A stretch of DNA of 63,944 nt, filler included, from Fonticula-like sp. SCN 57-25 (GCA_001724245.1; 3 parts of 3 records of this genome joined end to end with filler, not necessarily neighbours in it); one strand, 5' to 3'; shown: positions 48,026-59,986, counted from the first letter of the whole stretch. Translations and numbers: made by a program. The notes: generated by a model not told the origin, from the letters alone.

Positions 48026-48448
48026 CTACGCCGGCACCGGCACAAACTTGGCTCTCCTCTTCAACCTCAAGCTCGCCTCATACTTTTTCAGCTTTACAAA
48101 CCTTCTCGTCTCATCAAACTTGAAGTACAAACAAATACCCACGAGCAGCACAATCACAACGCCACCGATAACCGACACTGTAATGACCGCCTGCCGCTCG
48201 CTCGGCGTCAGCCCGCCGCTCGACGTCCCTGTGCTGCACGGGGTGTTGCTCACCACCCAGCAGTCCTTGGTGACAAAGTCGCTCACGTAGATCCAGGCGG
48301 CTGAGACGCCGCGCGAGGCCATGGCGGCGACGAGGGCGGCGTTGTCGGCGGCGTCGCGCGGGGCGTCAAAGTAGGTTTGCGAGGGGCAGACGGGCAGGGT
48401 GGTGGCGGTCCACTCGGAGGCGGTGCTGCTGACGAGCCACTGGTCGCC
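48026..48448 (-). CDS. C-terminal fragment of a type I membrane protein resembling the fungal MTC6 family
   Basis: CP..TYFDAPR.A.DN..L...AWI.....CWV....C, followed by a TM helix and basic tail. 5' end lost in gap. Confidence 0.5.
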   Translation of the reverse strand, partial: GDQWLVSSTASEWTATTLPVCPSQTYFDAPRDAADNAALVAAMASRGVSAAWIYVSDFVTKDCWVVSNTPCSTGTSSGGLTPSERQAVITVSVIGGVVIVLLVGICLYFKFDETRRFVKLKKYEASLRLKRRAKFVPVPA

Positions 48449-48548
48449 NNNNNNNNNNNNNNNNNNNNNNNNNNNNNNNNNNNNNNNNNNNNTTAATTAA
48501 TTAANNNNNNNNNNNNNNNNNNNNNNNNNNNNNNNNNNNNNNNNNNNN
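48449..48548. other. Assembly spacer: 44 N + TTAATTAATTAA + 44 N
   Basis: Identical to the first spacer. Confidence 0.97.
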
Positions 48549-48601
48549 GCGGCGGCCTTTGACGGCGACTTTTTCGAGCGCACTTTGGACGTTGTCGCAA
48601 A

Positions 48602-49535
48602 CTACCTCGATGATGACGACGAAGAGTAGGCGGGTCGGCGGTGCGCGGCGCGGCGGTGTCGGCACATGTTTGTGTAAAATGTAAATGTTCGGTTGCATTC
48701 GGTGCATGGGACGCGCGGGCCGCGTTGGGATTTGAGGGCGGCGGCGCGGGCGATGAGGGCGTTGATGCGTGGTGTGGCGCGGTCAATCGCACTGAAAGAA
48801 GGAGGGAAGAAGGGAAAAGTCAGTATAGGTCATTGAAAGTGGGTCAGATATCACAATGCCACGCAGATAAAAAGCGACTAAAGGAACGGAAAATGACATT
48901 TCATAGTTGAAAAATCACATAAAACGCACAACAACCAATATCAACCAAAGATAATGTTTGCGTACCGCTGAGTGAACCCGGCCTCGTGCGCCAGCTCGAG
49001 GACGTCGACCGCCGCACCCCTCCTTCTCCTCCTGCTGCTCTCGCTGCAGTCTTCCGCCCACTCGTCCAGCCACTTTCTGTACATCCTTGCAACGTCACCC
49101 GACGCCTTCTCGATCACCGTCGCCCGATGCCTCCCTGACACCCGCGGCATCCCGGTGCGCTCCGCCGCCGCCTCGAGCTCGTCCAGCAGACCCGCGTGGT
49201 GCTCCACGGCCTCAGCGCCCGACGACGAAGCGCCGCCGTCGTCATCAGATTCAGAGTCGAAGCCAGCATCGGAGGAAGGCGCGTGCATCCCGCCCGGGGT
49301 GGGGAGGCGATGCCCCGAGGCGGCGACGAGATCGGGCAATGGGAGCGGCCACGAGCGCGTCCTATCGAGAGATCGTAAGAAATGGGAATCAATCGCAATA
49401 AACCATAACAAGAGCAATAAACAAAGCGTACCGGGCAAGAACATGGTCAGAGCCTGCGGGGCGCTCGTCATAAAAGATGGCGCGCGCGAGGCGCAGATGG
49501 CCGCCTGCCTCCCGCCGAGCCGCCGCGCTAGTCAT
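48602..49535 (-). CDS. Small protein with a single C-terminal C2H2 zinc finger, 3 exons
   Basis: ATG 49535, introns at about 49431-49362 and 48965-48792 keep frame. Last exon encodes CTECNRTFTFYTNMCRHRRAAH (Cx2Cx12Hx4H). Confidence 0.65.
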
Positions 49536-49673
49536 CCTTCCGGGTCACGTGATAATAGCGGGGTGTACACCCTGGACCATTTCAGGGGGATAAAACAATC
49601 CTCACCCGGTCTGAATAAGCACTGCTGACAGACCAGACGGGCATCATCGCTCCCGCGCAGGCACATCAGAAGC

Positions 49674-50420
49674 ATGTTTGGAGGGCACCTCATTAACCCG
49701 CACCCGGTCGTGCACGACCTCAAGAAGGACGCTGTGCCGTCGGCCAAGGCGTCCAGCGGCTCCGCTATTACGGCCGCCGAGATTTTCGGTACGCTTTGGC
49801 GATATGCGCCGCTTCCCGCTTGGCTGACACGTGATCCTCTGCTATCTAGACTACATCCGCGACATCAAGGTACGACTCGACGCGGCCATCAACATAAGTG
49901 TCTTCTTTACCACGTCTCTAATATGTTTTCTTTTTCTTTTTTCTTGATCTCTTGCGAATAGGACCCCGAGCACCCGTACACTCTCGAGCAGCTCAATGTC
50001 GTCCGCCTCGATCAGGTTGGCGTCGAATGCGAGGGCAATGACTGCATCATCCGCCTCGAGTTTACGCCGACGGTACCGCACTGCTCCCTCGCGACGCTCA
50101 TCGGCCTTTGCCTCCGTCAGAAGCTCACCCGCGTCATTGGAACCCCGTTCAAGGTACGCATTGATCCCCTGTGCATGTCGCTGGCATCTCACCACCATGC
50201 GCAGCTGGACATTTACGTAACACCAGGAAAGCACTCGACCGAAGCTGAGAGTGCGTACTATTTTCTTTTTTTCCTTTTTGTTGCCTTTTGCCAGCGTGCT
50301 GACCCAGGGATGGCGCCAGTCAACAAGCAGGTGAATGACAAGGAGCGCGTGGCGGCCGCCCTCGAGAACCCGAGCCTGCTGCCCATCGTCGAGGAGTGCA
50401 TCCGCGAGGCGGACTATTAG
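49674..50420 (+). CDS. CIAO2A: Cytosolic Fe-S assembly factor CIA2 (FAM96A/CIAO2A-like), 5 exons
   Basis: [52 protein letters not shown]. Confidence 0.85.
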
Positions 50421-50737
50421 TTGAGGGGCAGTTCATTTTAATACTCTTTTTCCTTTGTCTATTTCGTCTTCTTTCCGCTGCGCATGCCGCGGGCGGATCG
50501 GCGGCGTGTTACTTTTTCACCGCCTGCCTGCATGCTGCTTCGCGGCATCGTGGGCGGGTCGGCCTGTATTGTACACTACCATTTTCAGCATAGATCCACC
50601 GTCATAATACAGTCAATTACTGACACTTTTCCGTGCACTTTTGACCATTCCCGGTTGATTCCCGACACGTTCGCCGACGCCGGGTTTAATAGCCGCAAAG
50701 GCAAACTCCGCCGCAAACTAATCACGTGACTCCACCC

Positions 50738-52350
50738 ATGTTCCGAGTGAGCTTGGCGGCGGGCCGAGCGGCCGGGATGCGCTCAGCCCTGCGCCCGACG
50801 GCATCCCCGGCGCTTCTGCGGCCGTCCAGCCCTCTCTTTCTTCGCCCGCAGGCTGTGCGTGGCCCCCTCTCTCTTCGCATGATGTCGACGGCGACGGTCC
50901 CGCCGGCAGTCGCCGATGCCGCTGCGGTGCAGGCTCGCCGCAACAAGATCATGGGCGGGTGGCTCATGACCACCAGCGGCCTCGTGTTCGGCATCGTCGT
51001 TGTCGGCGGCCTGACGCGCCTGACCGAGTCCGGCCTCTCAATCACTGACTGGCGCCCCGTCAAGGGTAGCATCCCGCCGCTGACCCAGGAAGACTGGGAA
51101 GTTGAGTTTGCCAAGTACAAAAAGTCGCCCGAGTACATCATGTACGTCGCATGATCTTGCCCTGGGCATCCCCTTCCGTATATGTTGCTGACCCCATTTG
51201 CTTGCAGTGAGAATGATGGGATGACGCTCGACGAGTTTAAAAAGATCTTTTGGATGGAATGGGGCCATCGCCAGCTCGGCCGCTTCATCGGCCTCGCCTA
51301 CGTCGGCCCCTTTGCCTTCTTTGCCGCCCGCGGCTGGCTTCGCGGTCGCATGCTCGCCGCCACGACTGGCATTGGCGCGCTGATCGGCGTGCAGGGCCTC
51401 ATCGGATGGCTCATGGTGAAGAGCGGGCTCGAGCAAAAGATCATTGAGGACGGCGAGGTGCCACGTGTCAGCCACTACAGGCTGGCGGCGCACTTGGGAA
51501 CGGCCTTTGCTATCTATATGGCGTCGCTGTGGAACGGTCTGACGCTCTTGGCAAACTATGGCAACGACTACAAGTTGGTACGTGGCAGTGGGAAGGCGGG
51601 AAAAGTGTGGAAAGTAGGGAAGGAAAAGGCGGGTAAAATATTCGTTCTGGCGGGAACACGTATGTGTATATTATACTTGATCCATGCATTTTGCATGTAT
51701 ATGTGCTTGCTTTCATATGCAACTACTGCCATGTGTCACTGTGTCACTTTTCGTATCATTTGTCAGATGCATGTCTGTGTTGGTCACCATATCACGTGAC
51801 ATGTCTTACACCCACATCGTCATCTTGCCTGTACATGTCGATCACTAACACCTCCCAGCCGCACACCGCCCCCGAGCTGACTTCGCTCCGCCGCTTCCGC
51901 AAAGCCTCCCTGGCCCTCACCGGCGCGGTCTTCTTCACGGCCATGTCGGGCGCCCTCGTCGCCGGCCTCGATGCCGGCCTCATCTACAACGAGTTCCCCA
52001 AGATGGGCAACGGCCTCGTGCCAGAAGACCTTCTCACGCAAAAGCCCACGTGGCGCAATTTTATTGACAACCCTTCGGCTGTCCAGTTTGACCACCGCTA
52101 CCTCGGCCTCGGCACGGCGTCACTTGTCACAGGCGTGTGGGCAGCCTCGACGCGCGTGCCGCTCAGCCGCAAGTCACGTGTTTACATGAACATGCTTGCT
52201 GGCATGGTTGGCCTGCAGGTGATGCTGGGCATTTCGACGCTGCTGAGCCACGTGGAGATAAAGTTGGCGTCGGCGCATCAGACGGGCGCGATGGTGCTGC
52301 TCACTTTGAGTACGCACTTGGTGCACTCGCTCAGGAATATGCCAAAGTAA
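50738..52350 (+). CDS. COX15: Heme A synthase, mitochondrial, 3 exons
   Basis: GGLTRLTESGLSITDW, IFWMEWGHR, VSHYRLAAHL, GALVAGLDAG, VQFDHR, HQ. Confidence 0.96.
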
Positions 52351-52684
52351 GTAGTGGGAAAAGTGGTTGCAGGCGCTGATGACACCCTTGATTGCGTGCA
52401 ATGATATATGGAATATGATTAGCAATAAAGTATTGATACATTATACTATGGAGTATGGGAACTGTGGATAGGGCATAAAGTGACACTTAAAAAGCAAGCA
52501 AAAAGTATCAGTATGTGGCATATCAGTGTCTGATCGTGTATCATATCTGACCATGTGTATCTGATAACATACGAGTATACATCAAAATATGCCTATCTGA
52601 CCATAAATATATCCTATAAACTTGCTCAAATTCGTTTATTGGAGGTAACCAGACAAAGAAACATGTACAAAACCGCATCCCTTC

Positions 52685-54359
52685 TCACTTTCTCTTTGAC
52701 ACGGGCGTGCGCTCCGCCTTGCCCGTCTTCGCCACCGCCGCCGACGCCTTAACAGCCGACGCGGCCTTGCCCGCCGCCGCCGCCACCGTCGCGCTCGCCT
52801 TGGCCGCCTTGGCGGGCGTCGACGGCGCGCTCTTCACGCCGGTCGGCGCCGCCGCCTTGGCAGTCTTGGCCGCCTTGACGTCCGTCTTGGGCGTCATCTT
52901 GGCGGAAATCGTCTTTGCCGCGGGCGTCTCAACGGACTTGGTCACTTTCGCCGCGGGCGTCGCGGCAGCGGGCTTGGCCGCCTTGGCGGACGGCGTCGCG
53001 GCGGGCTTGGAAATCGTCTTTGCGGAAGGCGTCCCAGCGGACTTTGTCATTTTAGCCGACGGCGTGGCAGCCTTGGAAATCGTCTTTGCAGGGACCGTCT
53101 CAGCGGACTTTGCCTTGGCAGGCGCCGACTTTGCCGGGTTGGCGGCGGCGGGCGCGGCCTTGGCGGGCGTCGAGGCGGCGCTGGCGGCGGCCTTTGAGGG
53201 CTTGCCATTGGTCGAGGCGGCCGACTTGGCGACCGACGAGACGGGCTTTTTGGTCTTGGCGGCGGCGGCGGCGACGGCCTCGGCGTAGCCGTTGAACTTG
53301 TAGTCGATGCCGAGCTCCTTGAGGAGCGTGCGCTTCTTGGACTCGCCGGCGACGAGGCGCTTCAGGACGCGAGCGTGGTTCTCGCCAGTGCGGCTCTGGG
53401 GGAGTGTTAGAATTGGGGAAAGGGAGGTGGAAAATGTGGGGCAAAATGGTGCAAAAATGAAACAAACAGAGCATGAAACACCAAGAAAGGAAGAAACAAA
53501 AACAAAAAACAATGCGAAAAAAGACAAAAAAAGTGTGCCAATTGCACCAAAAAGCATCCAATAAAGCACATTTCACCATAAATACCACCAATAAACACCA
53601 ATAAAAACAATGTGCGTACGCGCTCCTTCTTCTCGACAGCGAGCTTGCGCCACGGAATGTTGATAAACTTGCGGCGCGAGCAGCGGAACGTGTTCTTGTG
53701 CACCTTATCCTTGGGCACAAACTTGCCTATATCCGCCTTGTTAATATTTCAGTTCAATTACGCGCATTTTTCTGCGTACACGTGAGCATGCGGCCGTGCA
53801 TCAGGTACTTGTCCATGGTCTCGGCGACGATCTTGGCCACGTCCTCATGCTCAAACTCGAGGAACGCATAGTTCTTCGGGCGGCCCGTCTTCTTGTTGCG
53901 CGAGAGGCGCATGCGCTTGATGCGCCCAAACTGAGAAAAGAAGCTTCCCATCTCCTTTTCGAAAAAGCCAAAGGGGATGTGGCCGACAAAAACGACGCCC
54001 GACGGCAATTTAGGCGCCTTGGCGCGCGCAGCAGACTGCTTCATGCCGTCAGCGAGGCGCTTCTCGCTCTTCGAGACGGCGTCCTCGTCAGCAACGTCGG
54101 CGGTCTCGGCGTCGGCGAGGGCATCCTCGGTGACACCGGCGCTCAAAAGGATCACATCCTCTTCCTCGGCATCCTCAACGTCATCGGCAATGCCGATCGT
54201 CATCTCGCCATCGGCCTCCTTGTCCTCCTCCTTTTCAACAGCACGCTTAACAGCCTTGCGCTCAACGGGCTTGGGGGCGCGCGCGCGGCGGGCTGGCGGC
54301 GCGGACGCAGCGCCGGAACGCGCGGGGGCGACGGCCACGGCCGGTCTCCTCGGGGCCAT
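52685..54359 (-). CDS. NOP15: Nucleolar RRM protein Nop15/NIFK with K/A/P/T-rich tail, 3 exons
   Basis: VVFVGHIPFGFFE..FSQFG..RLSRNKKTG...YAFLEF...VAETMDKYL and LKELGIDY. Confidence 0.88.
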
Positions 54360-54447
54360 GTGGGAACTGCAAACTGACCGGTGAATCGGCACGTGACAAT
54401 CATACAGTCAGCAAAGCGGCCATCGGCGACCTGCGGGGGTGGTAAAC

Positions 54448-56895
54448 ATGGCGATCCCGGCGGTGAGCGCGAGCGCTGCGCTCGTGCGCGTGTCCGGGCC
54501 CGACGAGGACGGCGAGCGCACGCAAGGCCGCCCGTTTTTTGACCACCGCAACGGCGTGACGCAGCTGTCATGCTCGGGGCTGGTCGTGTGCATGAAGCGG
54601 CGGTGGGTGGTCGTCCCGGTGGCGCTCCTGACGCCCTTTCTGACATGGGATATCAAGGGATCTCAAGTGCTTGTGGAAGGCGCCGACGTGGACGTGCTGC
54701 TGTGCGGCATGAGGCGGTACATCTCGGCGAAGCTGATCAAGATCGTCGATGCCGAAGGTGCGAGTGTTTTGATTGTGATGCTGCTGCTGATGCTTGTGCT
54801 GTAGCGTACCGCACGTGCATGTCTCAGCTAGCAACTAGCTCACAGTGGAAGTGTGGCTGGACATCGAGCGACGGCCTTCGGATGCCGTGCACGGATCTCA
54901 ACGACATTGGCCTCGCATCCACCCCGAGCAACATGGCCGTCAGCGGCATCGCCGTCCTCCAATTTGCAAATACAGATTTTCCCAATGACATTACTGCCAT
55001 TTGTGCCGACACGTCAAGTCATCCTAAAGTGCGTTATTTTGTTATTTTTATGTGCATTTTATGTACTTTTTCGTACTTTTGTCTACTTTTTTCGTTTTCT
55101 CGCGTACTTTTCCCCCTTCTTACCCATTTTTTCAGCGCGGCACCCCCCTCATCAGCGTGACATCCCCCTTTGGCCTCGTCGCGACTTCCGTCTTTCGCAA
55201 CACCCTCGGCTCCTGCGTCATCAGCAACCTTCTCCCTTCCGACGGCGATCGCGCCCATCTCATCATCGCCGACATGCGAACCGTTCCCGGGGCAGAAGGC
55301 GGCGGCATTTTTGACAATGGCGGGAAATGTGTCGGCGTGCGTGAATATGATTGGCTGATACGAAAATAACTAACCAATCATGTGTAGATGATTATGCCGC
55401 CACTGAGTCACGGTGAGCACCCGATAGAGTTTTCTGTCGTGATACCGGCACGTGATCTACTTGAGGCTATTGGTGTGCGGGAAGGCGAGCTGGCATTGGC
55501 CCCTGCTGTGGCTATAATTAGACAAGAAGAGGAGAAAGAAGAGTTGTCGTCAGTTGTACTTGTTGTCGTGTCACAGACATGGGCGTCGGGTGTCATCCTC
55601 TCATCATCTGGATGTGCGTTTTGTGATAATGATTAATACTTTGATATACTTTGATACCTCTTGATAGTGCGTTTGATACTTTTTGATAGTATATTTTATA
55701 CTTTGATACGTTTTTGATATACCTTGATACATGTTTATGCTCTCTTTAATACTCTTTTAGATACTTTTAATCATTCTGATACACGTTTATACTTTTCTTT
55801 GTCTTCCCACTCACCCTCTTTGCAGACATTGTCACCAACGCCCACGTGGTCCGCCCCTTCCTCCTCCCCCCCACCCCCGGTCACCCTCCCCGCCTCCAGC
55901 CAGGCGTCTCCTTGCGCATCCGCCTCAACGACGCCGCCCTCACCTGGCTCCCATCTGCTGACGTCATCTTTGTGAGCACTTCCCATTGGGACATTGCCCT
56001 TCTCAAGGTGACGTCACCATTGCCTGAAAATATCAAGTTGAGGCCTGCTGTCCACGTGGATGAAGTAAGGGTGCCGACAGTGGCGGGAACGCCCATTTTT
56101 GCTGTTGGCCACGGCATCTTTCCCGCGGGATCACGTACGAATAGTGAATATGATTGGTTGAATATGAATAATTATGTGAATAATTGGATGTGATTGGATG
56201 GAATTATGCTGACGTCATCATATAGGAATGCGTGCTTCGTTGACTGCTGGGCGAGTTGGGCGATGTGTTGAGGCGGCTGGGGTGGGCGTGCTGCTGCACT
56301 GCGACCCAGTCATCAATCAGGGGTCGAGCGGGTACGTGATTGGTCAGAGATAAGGAAATAGATAAGGAAATAGATAAGGAAATAGATAAGGGAAATGTAT
56401 CTGTGATTGATTTTTATATGGTCATATATTGGTCATTGGTCATGTTGTTCGTGTATGGGTCGGTCATATATTGGTCATGTATTGGTATCGTGATCTTATA
56501 CTATTATCTTTGATCGTATTCTTGTCTATCACTCACCACGTGGCCATAGTGGTGCACTATTTGAACAAGAAAGCGGCCGTTTCATTGGCCTTATTGTCAG
56601 CAATGCGCGCCACAATGCCTCCAAAGTCATCCCACGTGTCAACTTTTCCCTCCCCGCCTCCATTCTCCTTCCCCTATTGGACTATATAGAAACACACGGT
56701 ATTGGTTAAAATGATATGTCACGTGACCATACACTAATCTGATTGGTAGATGCGTCACTGCTTGCCCTATATAATGAAAGTGATGCCGAGACGAGTGCGG
56801 TGTGGCAGCCGTCGTCGGCGCCGTTTGCGACGTTTCAAAAGACGAGACTTGCAAAGTATTTGAGAGGGAAAGTTGGCGTAAAGAGCAAGTTATAA
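54448..56895 (+). CDS. TYSND1: Peroxisomal leader-peptide-processing serine protease (TYSND1/DEG15-like), multi-exon
   Basis: SCSGLVV, SPFG, PGAEGG, WASGV, VTNAHVV (His), WDIALL (Asp), GSSGG (Ser). Spliced last exon ends KSKL-stop (PTS1). Confidence 0.85.
55636..55790 (+). repeat. Degenerate TACTTTGATA tandem repeats inside a TYSND1 intron
   Basis: Many imperfect tac(t/c)ttgata units. Confidence 0.75.
56348..56396 (+). repeat. 12-bp tandem repeat AGATAAGGAAAT x4 inside a TYSND1 intron
   Basis: Three exact copies and one variant copy. Confidence 0.9.
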
Positions 56896-57166
56896 TAAGA
56901 TGAATGTGTGTATTTTTAGGTGTATAATGTGATGGAATAGACATGAATGTAAGCAGATATATTGTATCTATTGATTGATATATTTTATTGAAAGAGATAC
57001 ATTACACATGTACTGTATAGGTTGACAAATGATATATTATGGACCAATATTGTACTTTTTTATGTTTTGCATACAGTAACACATAAAAGTAATTGAGAAT
57101 GGCTGTAATAAAATATATCTACTATTATTGAATTGATATTATAATACTATGCAACATCCTTTACTC

Positions 57167-59293
57167 TTACCTTCCGTGCTTGTTCTCCGCACATCTTCTT
57201 GCCCACTCATCATCATACCCACACCTCCCCTCACACCCATGCAAATGCCTCTTTTCCAAAAACAGTGACAGCGCACGATGCACAAACGTATCTTGCTTAT
57301 ACACCAAATTATGCGTATCATCTTTCGCATCCGGCATCACATTATAGATGGGCAGCTCAGGCACGCCAAAGTCATACCCAACTACCACGTGGCCGTCTTC
57401 CAGTATCTCATCTGGGACGATATCGAATCCAAAGAGCGTCTCATTGTCTCTCCCAGTGACGTAATCAACAAAAGCACGTGCTCCTGCGCCTCTAGCAAGT
57501 GCATTGCAGCCCAAATGCGTTACTTGAGTGTCGCCCTTTGCCCATACAAATTGCGACATTTTGCGCGCATCTGACGCCATCATATCAACATAGGAAATAG
57601 AGTCCACGTGGTCCCATATGAGCTGCATGAGGCTGAGGAGCGCTGTCCGGTCACGTGGGTCGTCATAGCGGCCCTCGATGATGTCCCAGTATGTTTTGAA
57701 AGGGGAGGCACGGGGTAAAAGGTGGACGAATGGGGCGCCAGGGACGCCAAAGACGCCCACGTGGAAGGTGTCTGATAGGGCCAGAATTGTCGGGCCATAA
57801 ACACCCCCTAAAGAGTACCCGAAATAGCCCCTGACATTTCTGTTCAGCACTGATCCGTTGTTAAATTGGAGCACTGGATCATCCGCAAACGCATCACTCA
57901 GTACAAGCTGCTGCAACACCAACGCATTAACAACACCTTGCATACACCCATGCGGTATAATTGCAGCATCACTCACATCCGTTGCAAGCATTTTCGCAAT
58001 CGCAGCCGCGTCCGACGAACTCATTCCAGTCATATCTGTTCCAAATAGGACAAGTCCGCCAACATCGCCCGCTGCTTGCAGGTCGTCTGCCAAGATTGCC
58101 CAATGGTTCTGGAACAGTCCGTGGCCATACATTACTACACCTGACGGGTCCACGTGGCCGAGTGCGACAGATACAGGGACGGTGAGCGAGAATGTGACCC
58201 ACGCGTCGCCCTGCCACGTGGGCAAGCCGTCCTGGCCGCTGCTTCGCGCCAGCTTGCTGCCAGGCGATTGGGCCTCGAGGTAAAAGGGGACGCGGACGGA
58301 CCCGACCACGTGGCGGGCAGTGAACTCGCCGGGGTCGTCGAGGACGGCGTCGATGCGGTAGGCGGGGCCGGTGGGGGGTAGGCGGGAACGCGCGTCGGTG
58401 GCCATGTGGGTGAGCCACGTGTGCGCAGAGGGGGCGCTTTGGATGGTAAAGTCCCACGTGATGAAGAGGTCGGAGCAGGAGAAGCCGTGGGGGGATAAAA
58501 GGGAGAGAATTGAGGTGGCAAAGTGGTCGCGGCGGAGTTCATCTGCAAGACTAAAGGAATGAAAGGCGCCGTATTTGTTGTTTTTGTCGTTGTTTTTGTC
58601 GTATTCGTTGTTGTTTTTGCCGTATTTGCGGTTATTATCTCCATATTTGCCGTACTTCCCGCCATTTCCATCACCGTATTTGTCGTATTCATCATCATCG
58701 TAGTTGGCGGGAAAAGTGTCGTTGCAGAGGAAATTAAAATAGTCTGACGACTCAATTTCGTCTCCGTCGGCGTTGCGCAGCCAGCGGTACGCGACAATAT
58801 ACCTCTTTCCAAACGCGAGCGGCGCCGCCGGCCACATGAGCAGCATGCTCTCCTCATCACGTGCCTCGGGCGAGCTCACGTCCAGCTCGCACCAGTGCGC
58901 GACGGCGTCGCCCGTCTCTGCGTCAATGAGCAGCGACGTCGGGTTGTCCGCCAAAAGCGACTGCGCAATGTCCCACTGCCGAGGCAGGCGGCTCATGTCG
59001 AGATCGACACCGACGGCCAGGGTGGTCAGCGGCAGCATCCGCGCAAAGCCATCGAGATGAAGCCAGTCGGAAGGGTCAATTGGAACGTTGTCATTTGATA
59101 AGGGAAGTGCGTCGGGCGGCAGGCGAATGCGGCGGCCGCTCGATGTCGCGTTGTCGGCGGCAAGGTAAAAGTCGTTTGGGAAGGGGAGGAGGCAGTGCTC
59201 GGGGACGAGCGGATCGCACGATGAGGAGGGGGATCGCGCGAGCGAGGTGCGCGCGCTCAAGAGGAGCAAAAGTGGGAGAAAGAGGCGGCGCAT
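57167..59293 (-). CDS. Secreted alpha/beta-hydrolase-fold protein of bacterial-like type
   Basis: Signal peptide, CDPL...CLLPFPNDFY, DGF, YGHGL (oxyanion region), GYSLGG nucleophile elbow, GDTQV, terminal H. One uninterrupted 708-aa ORF. Confidence 0.75.
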   Translation of the reverse strand: MRRLFLPLLLLLSARTSLARSPSSSCDPLVPEHCLLPFPNDFYLAADNATSSGRRIRLPPDALPLSNDNVPIDPSDWLHLDGFARMLPLTTLAVGVDLDMSRLPRQWDIAQSLLADNPTSLLIDAETGDAVAHWCELDVSSPEARDEESMLLMWPAAPLAFGKRYIVAYRWLRNADGDEIESSDYFNFLCNDTFPANYDDDEYDKYGDGNGGKYGKYGDNNRKYGKNNNEYDKNNDKNNKYGAFHSFSLADELRRDHFATSILSLLSPHGFSCSDLFITWDFTIQSAPSAHTWLTHMATDARSRLPPTGPAYRIDAVLDDPGEFTARHVVGSVRVPFYLEAQSPGSKLARSSGQDGLPTWQGDAWVTFSLTVPVSVALGHVDPSGVVMYGHGLFQNHWAILADDLQAAGDVGGLVLFGTDMTGMSSSDAAAIAKMLATDVSDAAIIPHGCMQGVVNALVLQQLVLSDAFADDPVLQFNNGSVLNRNVRGYFGYSLGGVYGPTILALSDTFHVGVFGVPGAPFVHLLPRASPFKTYWDIIEGRYDDPRDRTALLSLMQLIWDHVDSISYVDMMASDARKMSQFVWAKGDTQVTHLGCNALARGAGARAFVDYVTGRDNETLFGFDIVPDEILEDGHVVVGYDFGVPELPIYNVMPDAKDDTHNLVYKQDTFVHRALSLFLEKRHLHGCEGRCGYDDEWARRCAENKHGR

Positions 59294-59544
59294 TGGCAGG
59301 GGAAGGGACCGGGAAAGTGTGCGGCGAGTGGATCATCGCGGGCGGCCAGGTACAGATGACGTACACGGCGGCAGGGGTAGTTAAGGAAAAGTGGTAAAAC
59401 TGGATTAAATTGTGAAAATGTACACGAATTAAGCGTAATTATGGATGTAAAAGTACACAACTGCGGGCCCGCGTGGGCGGCAGACGATGCCATGCTGATG
59501 ATGCCGGGAAACAACACTCTAGGGGAGATCTAAACGCCATCGCG

Positions 59545-59986
59545 TCACTCCATGCGCTTAAAGACACCGATGCGGTTGCCGCAGCTGGGGCACGAGTGCG
59601 CCACGTCGCGCATCGACTTGCTCCAAAAGGGTATCAAGCAGCACCCGCAGATGCCGCCAACGACGCAGATCCCGGCGCTGCTCATCCACGTCAACCTGCA
59701 ATCCCGCAACTCAGCAACCATCGGCAGGGGGATTAAAAAAGGCGCACTTTCCAACCACGAGCTTCGTTTCTGTCACCACAGGCTTGCCACAGTATGGGCA
59801 CACGACGCGCTGGGGCAGCTCGTGGAGCGGGAACTCGCCGCTGAGAGGCACGCGGCGATGCGTGTCGGGCGACGTGATCGCCTCCTCGGCATGCGGCTGC
59901 TCGTCAATTGAATGCTGGTGATCGGGAGGGAGAACATTGCTTGTCGAGACCAACAAGGGCTCTTCTAGCGAGTCGTTTATGTTCAT
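59545..59986 (-). CDS. LITAF-domain zinc-binding membrane protein, 2 exons
   Basis: CPYC..V.T, hydrophobic ..GCCLIPF.., H.CPSC...G. Confidence 0.88.

Noticed and set aside
48941-49471. Type II membrane protein suggested by the hydrophobic ORF N-terminus
   Set aside because: The hydrophobic stretch is a translated T-rich GTACGC..TAG intron. The spliced model gives a C2H2 protein.
55636-56396. CRISPR-like or telomeric array
   Set aside because: Direct tandem or degenerate microsatellites without spacers, inside eukaryotic introns.
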